NCBI GenBank assembly: GCA_041648895.1
Contig: JBAZOB010000001.1
Span: 15,093 to 79,092 of the forward strand
DNA: 64,000 bases
Origin: Patescibacteria group bacterium
GTDB lineage: Bacteria > Patescibacteriota > JAHJAL01
Direction: 5' to 3'
Below, one piece after another: positions 59,028-64,000 of this stretch (position 1 is its first letter; each line of letters opens with the position of its first letter). The position numbers were made by a program, and so were the translations under genes. The notes under the pieces are model-generated. The model ran no database searches. It saw only the letters and a program-made list of their open reading frames with translations, and was not told the DNA's origin.

Positions 59028-60725
59028 ATGAAAAATATATGGGTGTGGGTGGTAGTATTGGGATTAAATTTTTTTAATCTGCCGGCAGTGTTGGCGGATA
59101 GTGAGGGATATACTATAGAAAATATAACTTCTAGAGCGATTTCACCTTCAACGGCTATGGGAAATGCGGAAATGCAGGTTTCCGGTCATAAAGTCTATTA
59201 TCTTTGGCATCAGTTTGATGGAACATATTGGCAAATGTGGATGGCTGTTTCAGATCTTGATGGAAGTAATTTTGCCGCTGCTTTGTTGACAACGGGCAAT
59301 GTTAATACTTTATATGGACAATTCGAAGTAGAAGGAGAAAAAATATATTATGTTTATGGTCGATTAATTGGGCGGTGGGAAATTCATACAGCAACTTCTG
59401 ATTTGGATGGTAGTAATTTTGTGCCGGTTCAGCAAACTTTCAATGATGGCTTTCGAAATTATTATGGCTATCAATTAGATGTGCATGAAAATAATATATA
59501 TTATACTTTTGTTTGTGATTATCCCAGCTATCCCATTTATACTGCGGTGGCTGATAGGAATGGGGGAAACTGGTCAGCAACTATCAAGGTAGCGTCTAGT
59601 GGTCAATGGGATCGTGGACCGCAATTGATTGTGTCTGAATCAAAAATATATTATGTCTGGCAGGTGAGTGATGGATCTTCTGATCAAATATGGACATCTG
59701 TTTCCGACTTGAATGGTTCTAATTTTGTGACGACTAAGAGAACAACTACAGCCGGACATAAATATGGTAATCAATTCGTGATTGATGGGACGAAATTATA
59801 TTATGCATGGGTGGAGAGTGATGGGGCGAATTATCAGATTTGGACTGCATCAATGAATACTGATGATAGTGGTTGGATGCCGACAAAATTGACTAATATA
59901 CCATATGACAGTGTCGGTCCGAGAATAATGGTTAACAGATCAAAATTATATTACCTTTATACCACCAGTGATGGTACAAATTTTCAGGTTTGGTTGGGCA
60001 ATGCCAATTTTGATGGGACGGGGTTTTTAACTGAACAAAAGACTTTTTCGGCATTTTCGAAAAGATATGTGTCTTTATGGGTTGATGAGACCAACATACA
60101 TTATTTGTGGGATGAGTTGCACACTCCGAATCGTCAAATTATGTGGGCTAATGGACATTATCAAATTATCCAAGATGAATCTACCACTGTTACTGCCAGT
60201 GTTCCCTCGACTTTAACTTTTACAGTCGCTGGTGTATCCAGTGGCAATGCCTGTGCCAACTCGGGTGGTAGCGCCAGTGTGACAACCACTGCTTCAACCA
60301 TTCCCTTTGGAACATACACTGGCGCCCAAACCAAGATTGCTTGCCAGACTCTGACAATTTCGACTAACGCGACAAGTGGTTATGCCGTGACGGTGCAGCA
60401 AAATCAGGATTTGACTTCGGCTAATGCTGATGTCATGGATAAATTTTCTGGGACTTATGGGTCACCAACGATCTGGTCAATGCCGCCGGGAAGTGGCACG
60501 GAATCGTATTTTGGTTTTACGACCGATGATAATGATTATGTAGATTTTCAAGTTAATAAATATGGTTCTTTTGGGACTAATGATACGCCATACAATATGG
60601 TAGTAGAAACTGATCCGGCGGTGGATGAAGTGAATGTGGTGAGTTATCAACTGGAGGTGACGGATCTGCAGGAGAGTGGTGTTTATACTAATAATATTAT
60701 GTATATTGCCACGGCTATATATTAA
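59028..60725 (+). CDS. Secreted protein with beta-propeller-like repeats and C-terminal beta-sandwich
   Basis: Signal peptide; repeated KIYYxW...SDLDGSNF units; C-terminal ISTNATSGY...GVYTNNIMYIATAIY. Confidence 0.7.
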   Translation: MKNIWVWVVVLGLNFFNLPAVLADSEGYTIENITSRAISPSTAMGNAEMQVSGHKVYYLWHQFDGTYWQMWMAVSDLDGSNFAAALLTTGNVNTLYGQFEVEGEKIYYVYGRLIGRWEIHTATSDLDGSNFVPVQQTFNDGFRNYYGYQLDVHENNIYYTFVCDYPSYPIYTAVADRNGGNWSATIKVASSGQWDRGPQLIVSESKIYYVWQVSDGSSDQIWTSVSDLNGSNFVTTKRTTTAGHKYGNQFVIDGTKLYYAWVESDGANYQIWTASMNTDDSGWMPTKLTNIPYDSVGPRIMVNRSKLYYLYTTSDGTNFQVWLGNANFDGTGFLTEQKTFSAFSKRYVSLWVDETNIHYLWDELHTPNRQIMWANGHYQIIQDESTTVTASVPSTLTFTVAGVSSGNACANSGGSASVTTTASTIPFGTYTGAQTKIACQTLTISTNATSGYAVTVQQNQDLTSANADVMDKFSGTYGSPTIWSMPPGSGTESYFGFTTDDNDYVDFQVNKYGSFGTNDTPYNMVVETDPAVDEVNVVSYQLEVTDLQESGVYTNNIMYIATAIY

Positions 60726-60922
60726 AAGTTGGTGTGCCGATATATCGTATGTTTCAATAAATATGGGATAAATATGGTAGTTTTACGGAAATATTCCGGG
60801 CGGTTAATTCGTCCGGAATTTTAATTGATTTGTAATATTATTTTAATTCAATTGAAATTTCAGCTGATCGGGAATCCGGTACAATAAAGGTAAGAAGAAG
60901 ATTTATTTATTAATTTATCAAT

Positions 60923-61222
60923 ATGTATATCATCCGGGAAGTGTTTACGGCCAAGCCAGGACAGGCTTCGAAATTGGCGGTGATGTTTAAAAAATGGGGG
61001 AAAGGGGCGAAGTTTCGGGTAATGACCGATATGGTGGGCAACTACAATACGGTGGTGATGGAGATGGAGGTGGGTAGTCTGGCCGAGTTTGAAAAGGAAA
61101 TGCAGCAGTACCGGTCAGGGGAGGCGGAAAAGAAGATGTCAAAAAAAGATCATCAGGAGATGAAAAAGTATCAGGAAATGTATCTCACCGGCCGGCGGGA
61201 AATTTATCAAATAGTCGAGTAA
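60923..61222 (+). CDS. Small dimeric alpha-beta barrel-like protein
   Basis: REVFTAKPG...GRREIY. Confidence 0.6.
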   Translation: MYIIREVFTAKPGQASKLAVMFKKWGKGAKFRVMTDMVGNYNTVVMEMEVGSLAEFEKEMQQYRSGEAEKKMSKKDHQEMKKYQEMYLTGRREIYQIVE

Positions 61223-61239
61223 ATCAAAAAAGGAGATAT

Positions 61240-61638
61240 ATGAATAAAATGAGTCCAGTAGTTCATTTTGAAATGCCTTATGAAGATCATGAGCGATTAA
61301 AGAAGTTTTATGAAGGCGTGTTTGGTTGGCAGATGAATAAATTGGGGGAGGAAATGGGGCAATATGTGCTGGCGACCACCGCCGAGACAGATGAAAAGCA
61401 GATGATTAAACAACCGGGGGCGATCAATGGTGGTTTTTTCCCACAGGATCCGGCCAAGCCGTTGGTGCCGTCGGTGGTTATTGCAGTTGAGGATATCAAG
61501 GGGGCAATGGCTAATATCAAGATGGCGGGGGGAGAGGTACTGGGGGAGCCGATGGAGATTCCGGGGATTGGGCACTATGTTTCTTTTCGGGATACAGAGG
61601 GGAATCGGGTGGGCATACTCCAGCCGGTGAGTAAATAG
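61240..61638 (+). CDS. VOC/glyoxalase family protein
   Basis: VVHFEMP...FY, INGG, FRDTEGN. Confidence 0.9.
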   Translation: MNKMSPVVHFEMPYEDHERLKKFYEGVFGWQMNKLGEEMGQYVLATTAETDEKQMIKQPGAINGGFFPQDPAKPLVPSVVIAVEDIKGAMANIKMAGGEVLGEPMEIPGIGHYVSFRDTEGNRVGILQPVSK

Positions 61639-61657
61639 TCACGTTAATCTCAAAAAT

Positions 61658-62041
61658 ATGACAAAAGCGAATTATGTAGATGGTTTTGTACTGGTAGTGC
61701 CGAAAGAGAAAGTGTCGGCGTATCGCCGGATGGCTTTGGAAGCGGGAAAAATTTGGAAAAAATTTGGTGCTTTGGATTATAAGGAATGTATGCTTGATGA
61801 TGTCAAGCCTGAATGGGTGACTTTAACTTTTCCGAAATTGGCTAAAGCTAAAAAAGACGAAACTGTCTGGTTTTCCTATATTACTTTTAAATCCCGCGCT
61901 CACCGTGATCAGGTTAACGCGCGGGTGATGCAGGCAATGGAAAAGAAGTATGACCATCAGGACAAAAAGCAAATGGAAAAGATGCCTTTTGACATGAAAC
62001 GGATGGCCTATGGTGGATTCAGAGTAATGGTAGATGCCTAA
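61658..62041 (+). CDS. DUF1428 (YbaA-like) protein
   Basis: YVDGFVLVVP, GALDYKEC, MPFDMKRMAYGGF. Confidence 0.88.
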   Translation: MTKANYVDGFVLVVPKEKVSAYRRMALEAGKIWKKFGALDYKECMLDDVKPEWVTLTFPKLAKAKKDETVWFSYITFKSRAHRDQVNARVMQAMEKKYDHQDKKQMEKMPFDMKRMAYGGFRVMVDA

Positions 62042-62225
62042 GTTTTTTGAAAATTAAAACAATTATTGATAAATAAAAGAGAAAACAGCGTGGTTTCCTC
62101 TTTTATTTATTTTCAACTTGCTTAAATAGTAATGCCATCGATGATAAAATGAAATCATGGATCAGTGGTGTTGGCCTGGGTGACGGAGATTAGTGTTAAT
62201 GAATATATATTATATTGTTTAAATT

Positions 62226-62639
62226 ATGTCGGCCTTACTCTATTTGTTAATTTTCTTAGTATTGTTGATATATTGTTGTTATCAGGTGATAACCATCAAT
62301 AAAGATAGTGTGAATATATATTTGTGGCTGCTTAATTTGTTGTTTTGGATATTTTTGATCGTGGTTAGTGGTGGTGAAGCCATGTTATCAGCAGAGGAGA
62401 TGGTAACATTTTGGATAAAGATTTTTTTGGCTGTTTTGGCAGTGTTGATAACCACTTTCGTCGTCAAAGATATAATTTATTATTTGCTGGCTGGTCAGAA
62501 AAAACAAGTTAGAAAAATGGGGGTAGTTTTGGTTTGGGCCTTGGTGGGCTGGGGAATAATTTTTGCTTTCTATGCTATTTTAGTAACAGTCACTACGCAT
62601 TCGCCATACTCGGACATGACTAATTTAATTGTTAATTGA
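62226..62639 (+). CDS. Membrane protein
   Basis: Four hydrophobic segments. Confidence 0.65.
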   Translation: MSALLYLLIFLVLLIYCCYQVITINKDSVNIYLWLLNLLFWIFLIVVSGGEAMLSAEEMVTFWIKIFLAVLAVLITTFVVKDIIYYLLAGQKKQVRKMGVVLVWALVGWGIIFAFYAILVTVTTHSPYSDMTNLIVN

Positions 62640-62646
62640 AAAGTTG

Positions 62647-62985
62647 ATGAAAAAAATTAATATTGCTGATGTAATTGAAATGGGGGTCAGACAAAACCCC
62701 AAGATCAAAAAGAAAGTGTTGATTGATCGGGGTGAGGTGCCGCGATTGATGGTATTTGGCCAGGCGACTTTTCAGCCCGGACAGACGGTGGCGGAACATC
62801 AGCACGAGACCATGTTTGAAATATTCTTTATTCAATCCGGGCGAGCAGATTTTATCATTGATGGTCAGAAAGTGGAATTAAAAACTGGTGATTGTTTAAC
62901 CATTGTGCCGGGTGAGATGCACGCTCAAACAAATCCATATGATGAAAAAGTGACTTGGTTGTATTTTGGTGTCGCCACGGAATAA
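62647..62985 (+). CDS. Cupin domain protein
   Basis: HQHETMFEIF...G...PGEMH. Confidence 0.85.
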   Translation: MKKINIADVIEMGVRQNPKIKKKVLIDRGEVPRLMVFGQATFQPGQTVAEHQHETMFEIFFIQSGRADFIIDGQKVELKTGDCLTIVPGEMHAQTNPYDEKVTWLYFGVATE

Positions 62986-62996
62986 AATTACTAATA

Positions 62997-63335
62997 ATGT
63001 TAATCAAGAAATTACAAACCAGGCAGAAGGTTAATTCAAAGACTTGTCGGGTCTTCGAATATGATTTTCACCGGCCAAATTTGGGGGTGGCCCAAGTGGA
63101 AATTAATGGTAATTATCCGGAATATGGTTGGGCGATGAATAAAGAGTCTGATCAGATTATTTATTGTTTGACGGGAAAATTGGTGGTCGAGTGTAATCAA
63201 GATAAATATGAATTGGGACCGGATGACGCGGTGTTTATTGATAAAGGTGATAAGTATTGGTTAAATGGTCAGTGTGTTTTGGTGGTGATCAATAGTCCGG
63301 AGTGGACACTGGAACAATATTGCATTATTCGCTAG
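62997..63335 (+). CDS. Cupin-like protein
   Basis: YPEYGW...GKL...LGPDDAVFI...SPEW. Confidence 0.7.
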   Translation: MLIKKLQTRQKVNSKTCRVFEYDFHRPNLGVAQVEINGNYPEYGWAMNKESDQIIYCLTGKLVVECNQDKYELGPDDAVFIDKGDKYWLNGQCVLVVINSPEWTLEQYCIIR

Positions 63336-63374
63336 GGGGGGGTAGCAGTTGTTGATGGAAGAAATATTATTAAT

Positions 63375-63399
63375 AAAAGACCAGTCTAGCTGGTCTTTT
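63375..63399. terminator. Bidirectional intrinsic terminator
   Basis: AAAAGACCAG/CTGGTCTTTT between convergent genes. Confidence 0.75.
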
Positions 63400-63406
63400 C
63401 TGTTAT

Positions 63407-64000
63407 TTATCGACTATGTTTTCGGTGGTGACGGGGACGGAATTTTTTCTTTTCATACTGATAGTCGGAGTGGGGTGAGTCGGGTGGAGCCGGAGGTAGG
63501 GGGGGCAGGGTAAGTATGGGCAGAGATTGTCGGATGAGGCGTTCAATTTTTTTAATACTAAATTTCTGAGCGGGGGTGACAAAGGAAATGGCTTTACCGG
63601 AACGACCGGCGCGGCCGGTGCGGCCGATGCGGTGGACATAGTCTTCCAGATTATCGGGTAGGTCAAAATTGATCACCATATCAATATCTTTGACGTCAAT
63701 CCCGCGGGCGGCAATGTCGGTGGCGACCATAATGCGAAATTCACCAGTGGAGAATCCCTTCATGGCTAGTTTTCTTTGGGCTTGCGAGCGGTTGGAATGG
63801 ATTTCGGTGGCGGTGTGACCCAAGCGGCGGATATCGCTGGCGATACGTTTGGCGCCATGTTTGGTACGAGCGAAAATCAGGGCTTTATGTTGGGGGTATT
63901 GCTGCAACAGAGAATCAATCAGTCGCATTTTATTATTTTTGGGAATGATAAATATTTCTTGGGTGATATTGTCGGCGGAAGTACCCTGGGGAGCAATTTC
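63407..64000 (-). CDS. DEAD-box RNA helicase, C-terminal part (starts beyond the window)
   Basis: LIFARTK, VATDIAARGID, YVHRIGRTGRAG. Confidence 0.93.
   Translation of the reverse strand, partial: EIAPQGTSADNITQEIFIIPKNNKMRLIDSLLQQYPQHKALIFARTKHGAKRIASDIRRLGHTATEIHSNRSQAQRKLAMKGFSTGEFRIMVATDIAARGIDVKDIDMVINFDLPDNLEDYVHRIGRTGRAGRSGKAISFVTPAQKFSIKKIERLIRQSLPILTLPPLPPAPPDSPHSDYQYEKKKFRPRHHRKHSR

Noticed and set aside
62160-62195. GACGGAG as the terminal attR of the array
   Set aside because: No GTTCG-like motif at the expected 22-23 bp spacing; a chance match is likely.
659-63666. Numerous short antisense or alternate-frame ORFs nested in long genes
   Set aside because: Fully overlap well-supported genes and show no recognisable motifs.

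Overview
Bacterial chromosomal window with hallmarks of a Patescibacteria/CPR genome (standard code, AT-rich intergenic DNA, CPR-type T4SS locus with many pilins); the taxonomic call is inference. 1-14.9 kb (minus strand): VirB1-like, VirB4, PrgI, two VirB6-like genes, seven tandem VirB2/TrbC-like pilins, a solute-binding lipoprotein, galU and hsp20. 15-34 kb: cell-wall hydrolases with Ig-like repeats, a possible metallopeptidase toxin/immunity pair, ftsB-like, tRNA-Ser, rlmD-like, rsmE, pyrG, dnaG, rpoD and an MFS transporter, with several palindromic repeat families, some translated in frame inside genes. At tRNA-Asn (34210-34283) a ~16.5 kb element begins: large serine recombinase (LSR), Xis-like HTH, SNF2/DUF4391/type III R-M, HEPN, Rep, SpoVG and an ATPase. 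The main finding lies downstream of it: at least six att-like sites (GTTCGA...GGAGTTT) related to the tRNA/LSR junction separate mostly single-gene units that carry promoter-like motifs (radical SAM, amidohydrolase, DUF3800 plus RNA, membrane protein, APH kinase, unknown). This looks like an integron-like cassette array built by a serine recombinase at a tRNA, and the recombinase C-terminus would be swapped on integration/excision. All product calls are from motif recognition; no searches were run.
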